Part shown: piece after piece, positions 8,559 through 16,717 of the stretch
Layout of the letters: each line of letters starts with the position of its first letter
Numbering within the stretch: the stretch's first letter is position 1
Assembly: GCA_947589555.1 (NCBI GenBank)
Contig: CANQAZ010000001.1
Coordinates: 1 to 62,120, forward strand
Source of the DNA: an uncultured Clostridia bacterium
Lineage (GTDB): Bacteria; Bacillota; Clostridia; Christensenellales; Borkfalkiaceae
DNA: 62,120 nt
Direction: 5' to 3'
The notes under the pieces: generated by a model
Database searches by the model: none
Seen by the model: only the letters and a program-made list of their open reading frames with translations
What the model was told of the DNA's origin: nothing
Program-made: the position numbers and the translations under genes

Positions 8559-9914
8559 ATGGATAGGATCAAACTGTTGAGGGAAAGAAAGGAGGCGCTC
8601 GTCCGTGCGGGCGGGAGCATCCGCGCCGAAATCGCGGCGCTTTGCGACGAAGAGAGTTTTGTGGAACTTTCGGCATTCAGTTTTTCCAAAGATGCGTTTT
8701 ACGGAGAGGACGCCTGCGGCGAGGGAGTGGTAACGGGTTTTGCCACCATCGACAGGTATCCTTTTTATATTGTCGCGCAGAATTACGATATTTCCTACGG
8801 CGGGCTCTCGAAGGCGAACTGCGAAAAAATCGCAAAGACGCTCTCCGCCGCCGAAAAGAACGAAACGCCCGTCGTCTATTTGCTCCGTTCGCAAGGCGTC
8901 CGGATCGGCGAGGGGGTCAACGTGCTCGAAGGCATCTCCGAGTTGCTGTTGAAAGCGACGCAACTCAAAGGCACGGTGCTCCAATTTGCGGTGCTCCTCG
9001 GCGAGGTGTACGGCTCCGCGGCGGCGCTCGCTTCCGTGTGCGACGCCGTCCTGTTTACCGCGGGCGCAACGCTTTGCGTCAATTCTCCCTTCGTGCTTTC
9101 CGCAAAGGCGGGCAAAAACCTCAAACCCGCAGAAGTCGGCGGATACGGGGCGCTCACGGGAGCCCTTCTGCCCGCGGTCGAGGTCGCGGACGTGAAGGAA
9201 GCGGCCGGCGTCATCTCGAAAATTTCCGATTTTGTCTCCGTTCCCGTCGTGGACGCCGAACTCAACGACCCCGCGCCCGCGCTCAATCAGGGCGCAACGG
9301 CGGATGGGATAAAAACACTGATCGAAGACGGGGTGGAACTCGGCGCAAACAGTTGCCCCGAGGTGAAAACGGTGCTCGGCCGCATCGGGGGAATCGCGGT
9401 AGCGGCGGTCCTCTTCGACCGGGTGTTGTTGAACGAAAAAAACGTGAAAAAAATCAAAAATTTCGCGGAATTTGCCTGCTGTTACGGGTTGCCGTTTGTG
9501 ACGTTCGTCGATTGCCTCGGCGTAGAGCCCACCCTCGCCGCCAACAACAGCGCGGTACTCAAAGAGATCGGGGAGTATCTCTCCATGCTCGACGCCACGG
9601 ATACAGCGAAGATCGCCGTCGTCACGGGCAAGGCGGTGGGGCTCGGATACAGCCTATTTGCGGCAAAATCGGTGGGTTTTGATTATACTTATGCCCTTGC
9701 GACCGCCCAAATCGCCCTCTTTGAGAGCGCGCAGGGCGCCGCGATCGAATTCGAAGGGGAGCAAAAGGCGGATCGGCAGAAACTCGCCGCTCTCTACGCC
9801 GAAGAGAACGCCGATCCCGTCCATGCGGCGAAAAACGGATATCTCGATAACATCATCGAGCCCCAATTTTTGAAGCAATATCTCGTTGCGTCGTTGCAGA
9901 CGCTCATTCGGTGA
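8559..9914 (+). CDS. Carboxyltransferase-domain protein (acyl-CoA carboxylase beta / MmdA-GcdA / transcarboxylase 12S family), divergent and short (451 aa)
   Basis: Starts MDRIKLLRERKEAL at the ATG at 8559. GEGVVTGFATIDRYPFYIVAQNYDISYGGLS and the second half (IGGIAVAAVLFD...GLPFVTFVDCLG...AKIAVVTGKAVGLGY) follow the two-lobe crotonase-like CT architecture. The upstream part of track ORF 8085 is read-through. Confidence 0.8.
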   Translation: MDRIKLLRERKEALVRAGGSIRAEIAALCDEESFVELSAFSFSKDAFYGEDACGEGVVTGFATIDRYPFYIVAQNYDISYGGLSKANCEKIAKTLSAAEKNETPVVYLLRSQGVRIGEGVNVLEGISELLLKATQLKGTVLQFAVLLGEVYGSAAALASVCDAVLFTAGATLCVNSPFVLSAKAGKNLKPAEVGGYGALTGALLPAVEVADVKEAAGVISKISDFVSVPVVDAELNDPAPALNQGATADGIKTLIEDGVELGANSCPEVKTVLGRIGGIAVAAVLFDRVLLNEKNVKKIKNFAEFACCYGLPFVTFVDCLGVEPTLAANNSAVLKEIGEYLSMLDATDTAKIAVVTGKAVGLGYSLFAAKSVGFDYTYALATAQIALFESAQGAAIEFEGEQKADRQKLAALYAEENADPVHAAKNGYLDNIIEPQFLKQYLVASLQTLIR

Positions 9915-9924
9915 GGGGGAAGAG

Positions 9925-10251
9925 ATGAATTTACTCGACGGTTGGTTCAAATTCGACGTCGGCGAAGGCGCGTTTTATTCGGTATTCGGCTTTGTCTTTG
10001 TCTTTTTGGGCATCGCCCTCCTCATCCTCTTTTTCATGTTGCTCGGGATGATCATGAAGCGCATCAACGAGCGGGGGGAGAAGAAGCGCGCGGAGGCGCA
10101 GGCAAAAGCCGTCATGGAAGCGCCCGCCGTGCCGGAGGAAGGGGAGATCCCGCCCGAGGTCGTTGCGGCCATCTCGGCGGCGCTTTACGCCTACTATGAG
10201 CGCGAACAAGTCAAATGCGATTTCGTCGTGAGGCGGATCAAGAGAATATAA
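9925..10251 (+). CDS. OadG-like small membrane subunit (decarboxylase gamma/delta anchor)
   Basis: MNLLDGW..., a single N-terminal TM segment (FGFVFVFLGIALLILFFMLLGMI), a charged linker and IPPEVVAAISAAL, as in the OadG family. Confidence 0.7.
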   Translation: MNLLDGWFKFDVGEGAFYSVFGFVFVFLGIALLILFFMLLGMIMKRINERGEKKRAEAQAKAVMEAPAVPEEGEIPPEVVAAISAALYAYYEREQVKCDFVVRRIKRI

Positions 10252-10278
10252 TTCCACGGTCATTCGGGAGGAAAGAAA

Positions 10279-10638
10279 ATGCGTAATTTTATCATCACAG
10301 TCAACGGAAAGCAATACGATGTGGGAGTGGAGGAAGTCGGCGAAAGCGGATATACCGCGCCCGTTGCCGCGGCAACGCCTTCTGCGCCCGCGCCTGCCGC
10401 CCTCAACAAAGCGGCGGTAAGCGGAAAGGGGCAAAGGGTGACCTCGCCCTTCCCGGGGCTCATCAAGCGCCTCCTCGTGGACGACGGCGTGAGCGTCAAA
10501 AAGGACCAGCCCATCCTCGTTTTGGAGGCGATGAAGATGGACAACGATATCACCGCTCCCTGCGACGGAACGGTCACTTTCAACGTACAAAAGGGCGTGA
10601 ACGTCGAATCGGACGCCATTCTTGCAATCATCGGCTGA
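10279..10638 (+). CDS. Biotin carboxyl carrier protein (1.3S-like biotinyl domain)
   Basis: 119 aa with an Ala/Pro linker and the biotinylation motif EAMKMDN. Confidence 0.9.
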   Translation: MRNFIITVNGKQYDVGVEEVGESGYTAPVAAATPSAPAPAALNKAAVSGKGQRVTSPFPGLIKRLLVDDGVSVKKDQPILVLEAMKMDNDITAPCDGTVTFNVQKGVNVESDAILAIIG

Positions 10639-10650
10639 TCGGAGAGGGGT

Positions 10651-12090
10651 ATGCAGACCAATCTACTCATCGATATCGGAGGGATTTTCTCCAATCTGTG
10701 GGATTCAATGGGCATCTCGCAAGGGGGATGGCAGAATTATGTCATGCTCGCAATCTCCTTTGTGCTCATGTTCCTTGCGATCGTGAAAAAATACGAGCCG
10801 ATGCTCCTTCTGCCCATCGCGTTCGGCATGTTCATCATCAATCTCCCCGGGGCGGAGAGCATCCTTTGGGGCACCTATGCGCCCGATACCTCCCTGTCCA
10901 TCGGGGTCGACGGTTCCGTGGAGAACGTCGCCGTCTATGCCGATTCGGCGGGCAACCTCATCTATGTGCGCGCCGGCTATATCGCGGACGGAATGGTGTC
11001 CTTTTACCAGAATTTTGAAGCGTTGCAAAACGGCGTCGTCTCCACCATGAACGGGGCCGACTTCAATGCGCTGTACACCTTGCAAGGCTTTGTTCAGGGG
11101 ACGGTCGCCGAAGGAGTTACGACTTTTTCAAGCAACGCGCTGATTTTGAGCGAGGCGTACGAGGACGTTGTGGACCGCGGCCTCCTGTGGTATCTCTACT
11201 ACGGCGTGGATAAAGTCATATACCCGCCGCTCATCTTCCTCGGCATCGGCGCCATGACGGACTTCGGCCCGCTCATCGCCAATCCCAAGAGTATGCTCAT
11301 CGGCGCGGCGGCTCAACTCGGCATCTTCATCGCCCTCTTCGGAGGCATCCTTCTCGGATTCAGCGGTGCGGAAGCGGCGGCCATCGCCATCATCGGCGGA
11401 GCGGACGGTCCCACGGCCATTTACGTCTCCAAGATGCTCGCCGAAAATCTCGTGCCCATCATCGCCATTGCGGCCTACTCGTATATGGCGCTCATCCCCG
11501 TCATCCAGAAGCCCATTATGCGCCTCCTCACGACGAAGAAGGAGCGCATGATCCGCATGAAGCCCTTGCGCACGGTCTCCAAAGTGGAGAAGATCATCTT
11601 CCCCATCGCAGTCACGCTGGTGGTGGGGCTCCTTCTGCCCGATGCCATCCCGCTCCTCGGCATGCTCATGCTCGGGAATCTTTTCCGCGAGTCGGGCGTC
11701 GTGGAGCGTCTCTCGTCGCAGGCGCAGAACGGCCTCATGAACACCATCACCATTTTCCTCGGCATTGCCGTCGGTTGCAAGGCGAAGGGGAGCATTTTCC
11801 TCACGACGGATACGCTCAGCATCATCCTCATCGGCGTTGTGGCGTTCTATCTCGGCACCATCGGCGGGCTTCTCATGGCAAAACTGATGTGCAAACTGAC
11901 GCACGGGCAGATCAATCCGCTCATCGGGTCGGCCGGCGTTTCGGCGGTACCGATGGCGGCGCGCATTTCGGAGGACGTCGGCAGAGAGACCGATCCCTCC
12001 AACCACCTTTTGATGCATGCGATGGGGCCCAACGTTGCGGGCGTCATCGGCTCGGCGCTCGCCGCCGGCGTTCTGCTCGCTTGCTTTTAG
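10651..12090 (+). CDS. Na+-transporting decarboxylase beta subunit (OadB/MmdB/GcdB family)
   Basis: 479-aa polytopic membrane protein. GADGPTAIYVS and GSAGVSAVPMAARI are typical of the beta subunit. Confidence 0.9.
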   Translation: MQTNLLIDIGGIFSNLWDSMGISQGGWQNYVMLAISFVLMFLAIVKKYEPMLLLPIAFGMFIINLPGAESILWGTYAPDTSLSIGVDGSVENVAVYADSAGNLIYVRAGYIADGMVSFYQNFEALQNGVVSTMNGADFNALYTLQGFVQGTVAEGVTTFSSNALILSEAYEDVVDRGLLWYLYYGVDKVIYPPLIFLGIGAMTDFGPLIANPKSMLIGAAAQLGIFIALFGGILLGFSGAEAAAIAIIGGADGPTAIYVSKMLAENLVPIIAIAAYSYMALIPVIQKPIMRLLTTKKERMIRMKPLRTVSKVEKIIFPIAVTLVVGLLLPDAIPLLGMLMLGNLFRESGVVERLSSQAQNGLMNTITIFLGIAVGCKAKGSIFLTTDTLSIILIGVVAFYLGTIGGLLMAKLMCKLTHGQINPLIGSAGVSAVPMAARISEDVGRETDPSNHLLMHAMGPNVAGVIGSALAAGVLLACF

Positions 12091-12104
12091 GGGAGGAGTC
12101 ATTT

Positions 12105-13541
12105 ATGTCTAAAAAAATATGGATCATGGATACCATTTTGCGCGACGCGCACCAATCGCAGGCGGCGACGCGCATGCGCACGGAGCAGATGATCCCCGTC
12201 TTGGAGCAACTCGACGAGGTCGGCTACTATTCCCTCGAAGGATGGGGGGGCGCCACCTTCGATACCTGCATGCGCTTTTTGAACGAGGATCCGTGGGAGA
12301 GGCTCCGCACCCTCCGCAAATACCTCAAAAAGACGCCCGTCCAGATGCTGTTGCGCGGGCAGAATTTGCTCGGCTACCGCAATTATGCCGACGATCTCGT
12401 CGATAAACTCGTCGAAAAATGCTTTGAAAACGGCATCGGCGTCATCCGCGTGTTCGACGCCCTCAACGATCCGAGAAATCTGGAAGCCTCGATGAAGGCC
12501 ATCAAAAAGTACGGCGGCCAGATCCATAAGACCGATCCCGTCCGCGGCATCTGCGAGGCGGCGATCTCCTACACCTCGGGGCCCGTCTATACGATGGACT
12601 ACTTCGTCAAACTCGCCAAAACGTACGAGGACATGGGTGCGGACAACATCTGCATCAAGGATATGGCGAACCTGCTTTTGCCCTTCGATGCTTACAAACT
12701 CGTTACGGCGCTCAAAAAGGCGCTCCGCCCCGAGACCAAACTCCACCTGCACACCCACAACACGACGGGCACGGGGGATATGGTCAACCTCATGGCGATT
12801 CAGGCGGGGGTGGACATCGTCGATACGGCGCTTTCGCCCCTCGGCAACGGCACCTCCCAGCCCGCGACCGAGCCCCTCGTCGCCACCCTCAAAGGCACGG
12901 AGTATGATACGGGCATCGACCTTGAAAAACTCATTCCCATCGCCGATCACTTCAAAAAGGTCGCAGCCGAACTCGAAAAAGAGGGCTCCCTCAACCCGAA
13001 GGTGCGGCAGGTCGACGTCAATACGCTCATCTATCAGGTCCCGGGCGGCATGCTCTCCAACCTCATGAACCAACTCAAAAAGGCGGGAAAAGAGGATAAA
13101 CTCACCGAAGTTTTGGCCGAAGTGCCCAATGTGCGCAGGGACTGCGGTTATCCGCCCCTCGTCACGCCCTCGTCGCAGATCGTCGGCACGCAGGCGGTGA
13201 TGAACGTCATCACGGGCGAACGCTACAAGATGGTCACAAAGGAGACGCAGGACCTCTTTGCGGGCAAATACGGAACCCTTCCCATGCCCATCGACGAGGA
13301 AGTCGCCGCAAAGGTTTTGAAGGGGGAGAAGCGCATCACCTATCGCCCCGCGGACGATTTGGAGCCCGAGTACGAAAAACTCAAAGCCGAAGTCATTGCA
13401 AAGGGCTTTTACACGCAGGAGGAGGACGTTCTCTCTTATGCGTCCTTCCCCGAAGTCGCCGAAAATTTCTTCAAATGGCGCAAGGCGAAGCAGGAAGGGG
13501 TGGATACCGACCTCGCCAAGACGGGGGTCTATCCCGTATAA
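12105..13541 (+). CDS. Oxaloacetate decarboxylase alpha-type carboxyltransferase (pyruvate carboxyltransferase / transcarboxylase 5S-like), lacking a biotinyl domain
   Basis: MSKKIWIMDTILRDAHQSQAATRMR...LEGWGGATFD...IKDMANLL...HLHTHNTTG shows the TIM-barrel HMGL-like CT motifs. The protein ends after the association region without an AMKM motif. Start is the ATG at 12105. Confidence 0.9.
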   Translation: MSKKIWIMDTILRDAHQSQAATRMRTEQMIPVLEQLDEVGYYSLEGWGGATFDTCMRFLNEDPWERLRTLRKYLKKTPVQMLLRGQNLLGYRNYADDLVDKLVEKCFENGIGVIRVFDALNDPRNLEASMKAIKKYGGQIHKTDPVRGICEAAISYTSGPVYTMDYFVKLAKTYEDMGADNICIKDMANLLLPFDAYKLVTALKKALRPETKLHLHTHNTTGTGDMVNLMAIQAGVDIVDTALSPLGNGTSQPATEPLVATLKGTEYDTGIDLEKLIPIADHFKKVAAELEKEGSLNPKVRQVDVNTLIYQVPGGMLSNLMNQLKKAGKEDKLTEVLAEVPNVRRDCGYPPLVTPSSQIVGTQAVMNVITGERYKMVTKETQDLFAGKYGTLPMPIDEEVAAKVLKGEKRITYRPADDLEPEYEKLKAEVIAKGFYTQEEDVLSYASFPEVAENFFKWRKAKQEGVDTDLAKTGVYPV

Positions 13542-13593
13542 GCAACCGATGGGCGCGAGAAAGGTCCCGCGCCCGTTTCATTATGGGGAACGC

Positions 13594-14802
13594 ATGAAAG
13601 AGGTCGTCGTCATCGGCGGGGGCGCCTCGGGGCTCATGGCGGCTTATGCCGCGGCAGAGAGGGGCAACCGGGTCACGCTCGTCGAAAAAAACGAAAAACT
13701 CGGCAAAAAAATCTACATTACGGGCAAGGGGAGGTGCAACCTCACCAACGATTGCCCGCCCGAAGAGTTTTTGCAAAACGTCGTCCGCGGCGGCAAGTTT
13801 TTGACGGGCGCGATCTACGCCTTTCCGCCCGCCCGTACGATGGAATTCATGGAGGAGCACGGCCTCCCGCTCATAACGGAGCGCGGCAACCGCGTCTTTC
13901 CGCAGAGCGGCCATGCAAGCGACGTCACCAAAACGTTGGAGCGCGCCTGCAACCTCCTCGGCGTCCGCATTTTATTAAATACCGAAGTGCGGCGCATCGA
14001 AAAGGGGGATCGCTTCCGCGTCCGCACTTCGAACGGCGCGCTCTCCGCCGACGCCGTCATCGTGGCGACAGGCGGCCTCGCCTATCCCGCAACGGGCTCC
14101 ACGGGGGACGGCTACCGCTTTGCAAAGGAGGCGGGGCACACCTTGACGCCGTGCGTGCCTTCCCTCGTCGGGTTGGAACTGGAAGAGACCTTTGCGCAGG
14201 GGATCACCCTGAAAAACGTCGTTCTCACGGCAAAAAGGGGAGGAAAGATCCTCTCGTCCCGCCTCGGCGAGTTGCTTTTTACCCATTTCGGCATGTCCGG
14301 GCCCCTTGTTTTGACCCTTTCCGCCGAAATCAATCGCTTGCCGATGAAGGAGATCGCTCTTTCCGTCGATTTCAAGCCGGCGCTCGACGAACCAAAACTC
14401 GACGCCCGCCTCGTGCGCGATTTTTCGGAGCGCAAAAACGAACAACTCAAAAATATCATGCGCGGACTTCTCCCCGCATCCCTCGTCGGGCCCGTCCTGC
14501 ACGCCGCCGACCTACCGACGACAAAGCAGGGGAACGCCGTCACGCGGGAGGAGCGCGCCCGCCTCGTTTCGGCGCTCAAAAATTTCCCTTTGAGGCCCGT
14601 CAAACTGCGCGGCTTCGGGGAAGCGGTCATTACATCCGGCGGCGTCAGCCTTTCCGAGGTCTCTCCCAAAACGATGGAGAGCAAAAAAACGGAAGGTTTG
14701 TACTTTTGCGGCGAAGTGCTCGATGTTGACGCTTATACGGGGGGATTCAACCTTCAAATCGCGTTTGCAACGGGTTTTTGTGCGGGAAACAGCATAAATT
14801 AG
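13594..14802 (+). CDS. NAD(P)/FAD-dependent oxidoreductase, BaiN/HI0933-like flavoprotein
   Basis: MKEVVVIGGGASGLMAAYAAAERG...ITGKGRCNLTN...GGLAYPATGSTGDGY. Start is the ATG at 13594. Confidence 0.85.
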   Translation: MKEVVVIGGGASGLMAAYAAAERGNRVTLVEKNEKLGKKIYITGKGRCNLTNDCPPEEFLQNVVRGGKFLTGAIYAFPPARTMEFMEEHGLPLITERGNRVFPQSGHASDVTKTLERACNLLGVRILLNTEVRRIEKGDRFRVRTSNGALSADAVIVATGGLAYPATGSTGDGYRFAKEAGHTLTPCVPSLVGLELEETFAQGITLKNVVLTAKRGGKILSSRLGELLFTHFGMSGPLVLTLSAEINRLPMKEIALSVDFKPALDEPKLDARLVRDFSERKNEQLKNIMRGLLPASLVGPVLHAADLPTTKQGNAVTREERARLVSALKNFPLRPVKLRGFGEAVITSGGVSLSEVSPKTMESKKTEGLYFCGEVLDVDAYTGGFNLQIAFATGFCAGNSIN

Positions 14803-14805
14803 CGG

Positions 14806-14833
14806 TTTTACATAGTATTATGCGTGACATAAT
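14806..14833 (+). repeat. Motif copy O2: TTTTACATAGTATTATGCGTGACATAAT
   Basis: Starts 4 nt after the flavoprotein stop and ends 22 nt upstream of the -35 of the next operon. The 23-nt core is identical to O1. Confidence 0.9.
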
Positions 14834-14854
14834 AGGAAAAAACCGTCCGTCGGG

Positions 14855-14883
14855 TTGACTTTTTGAACCCGCGGCGGTATCAT
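14855..14883 (+). promoter_or_regulatory. Promoter TTGACT-N17-TATCAT of the aroH-cmk/plsC/ispH-S1 operon
   Basis: TTGACT at 14855-14860 and TATCAT at 14878-14883. GGAGG RBS before the ATG at 14910. Confidence 0.55.
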
Positions 14884-14909
14884 AAATCGGAAACATCACG
14901 GAGGAACAA

Positions 14910-15914
14910 ATGGTAGTCATACGCGGAGCGACCACGATCCCATGCGACAATAAGGAAGAGGTGCAAAAGGCCGTCTCGGAACTCATGGAGGCCATCGAAA
15001 ACCACAACAACATGAAAAGCAGTGAGGTTTTGAGCATCGTCTTTTCGAGTACGTCGGATATCCATTCCTATTATCCCGCAAAGGCGGCGCGGGAAGCGGG
15101 CTACGTCAGTTGTTCGCTCTTTTCGGCGGTAGAACCCGAGATCGTCGGCGGGCTTCCGCTCTGCATCCGCGTCATGCTGTTCACCGAAAAGGATCTTGTG
15201 CCCAAACACGTCTACCTGCGGGGGGCGCGCGTCCTACGGCGCGATCTCGGCAAATTCAACGTCGCCATCGACGGGCCCGCGGGGAGCGGCAAATCCACGG
15301 TGGCGCGGCGGCTTGCCGACGACTATCACATTCTCTACCTCGATACGGGCGCAATGTACCGCGCCGTCGCCTTGCAGGCCATCGAAGCGGGAGTAAACGT
15401 CGAGGATGAAGCGGCCATCGCCGACCTCATGCGTGACGTCAAACTCGACGTCCGTTACGAAAACGGCGTCCAGCGGACCCTCCTCGGCGAGCGGGACGTC
15501 TCCGAGGACATCCGCAAACCGCCCGTATCGATGGCGGCCTCTTCCGTTTCAAAGTATGCGAGCGTGCGCATGAAGTTGGTGGAAAAACAGCGCGAGATCG
15601 CCTCGCGCATGAGTTGCGTTTTGGACGGGCGGGACATCGGCACCTTTGTGTTGCCCGAGGCCGATTTCAAATTTTATCTTACGGCGAGCCCCGAGGTGCG
15701 CGCGCGGCGGCGCTACGACGAACTTGTGGCCAAAGGCCACACCGTCGACTTCGAAGCCCTGCGGGATGAGATCGTGAAGCGGGATGAGCAGGACATGAAC
15801 CGCAAGATCGCGCCCTTGAAACAGGCGGAGGACGCGGTGCTCGTCGATACTTCGGAAATGACCATCGAAGAAGTGGTCGCGGCCGTCAAAAAGCGCATGC
15901 AGGAGAAGATCTGA
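14910..15914 (+). CDS. cmk: Fusion protein: AroH-type chorismate mutase (N-terminal ~115 aa) + cytidylate kinase
   Basis: The N-terminus MVVIRGATTIPCDNKEEV...YPAKAARE...LPLCIRVMLF resembles B. subtilis AroH. From about residue 118, NVAIDGPAGSGKSTVARRLA...YLDTGAMYRA...DGRDIGT matches Cmk (P-loop). Confidence 0.85.
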   Translation: MVVIRGATTIPCDNKEEVQKAVSELMEAIENHNNMKSSEVLSIVFSSTSDIHSYYPAKAAREAGYVSCSLFSAVEPEIVGGLPLCIRVMLFTEKDLVPKHVYLRGARVLRRDLGKFNVAIDGPAGSGKSTVARRLADDYHILYLDTGAMYRAVALQAIEAGVNVEDEAAIADLMRDVKLDVRYENGVQRTLLGERDVSEDIRKPPVSMAASSVSKYASVRMKLVEKQREIASRMSCVLDGRDIGTFVLPEADFKFYLTASPEVRARRRYDELVAKGHTVDFEALRDEIVKRDEQDMNRKIAPLKQAEDAVLVDTSEMTIEEVVAAVKKRMQEKI

Positions 15915-16717
15915 TGGACGAAACAAAGGAGCCCGCTCCGTCGCCCGAAAAACTCTCCCATAAGGAGCGGAGAGCGCGTAAAAGGGCGGAAAGAAAGGCG
16001 AAACAGCGCGCAAAACGCGCAGAATGGAACAAAAAAGTACGGCTCTTCCCCGCAAACAAGAAGGGGAAGCACATCATGCCGTTCATGAGTTTCCTCCGCG
16101 TTGTGCTCTTTCCCATCCATTATTTCGTCTATCCCTTCCGCCTTCTCGGCAACAAAAAAGTTCCCGACGGCGCGTACATTTATTACGGCAATCATTACAG
16201 CATCTGGGATATTTTCTATCCCGCTCACACCACGCGGGAGGGCATCCACTTTCTTGCCAAGCAATCCATTTTGGAGTCTCCCGTGCTCGGCAAGTGGGGC
16301 CAGCGCATCGGCGCCATCGGCGCCATGCGCGACGGGTCGGATATCCGCACGCTGATGGAGGCCATTCGGGTGCTCAAAAACGGGGAGAAGGTCTCCATGT
16401 TCCCCGAGGGTACGCGCAACAAGGAAAAGGGGGACGAATTTCTTCCCTTCCACGGCGGCGCGGCTCTCATGGGCATCAAAACCGAAACGCCGTTCATTCC
16501 CTTCGTCATCTGCGATCGGCCCAAGCCTTTCCATCTGACGCACGTCGTTTTCGGCGAGCCGATGGAACTTTCCGAATATTACGGCCGCAAACTTTCCCCC
16601 GAGGACTATGAGGAAGCGGAGGAAAAACTGAAAAACCGCCTTTACGAACTCCGCGCCCAATACCGCGCAAAGCGCGCCCGGAAGAAGGGCGGCAAAAAGG
16701 AAAAAAAGGAGAAATAA
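15914..16717 (+). CDS. plsC: 1-acyl-sn-glycerol-3-phosphate acyltransferase
   Basis: HX4D motif NHYSIWD and FPEGTRN. Lys/Arg-rich N- and C-terminal tails. The ATG overlaps the cmk stop. Confidence 0.85.
   Translation: MDETKEPAPSPEKLSHKERRARKRAERKAKQRAKRAEWNKKVRLFPANKKGKHIMPFMSFLRVVLFPIHYFVYPFRLLGNKKVPDGAYIYYGNHYSIWDIFYPAHTTREGIHFLAKQSILESPVLGKWGQRIGAIGAMRDGSDIRTLMEAIRVLKNGEKVSMFPEGTRNKEKGDEFLPFHGGAALMGIKTETPFIPFVICDRPKPFHLTHVVFGEPMELSEYYGRKLSPEDYEEAEEKLKNRLYELRAQYRAKRARKKGGKKEKKEK

Noticed and set aside
10736-10747. Partial motif-like strings: ATTATGTCATGC in the pump beta-subunit gene (10736-10747), ATTATACGTGA in asp23 (54347-54357) and ATTATGTGTAC in the recombinase gene (about 34440).
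   Set aside because: Only one half-site plus a few spacer bases match. The second and third half-sites are absent, which is within what chance can produce for 10-12-mers.
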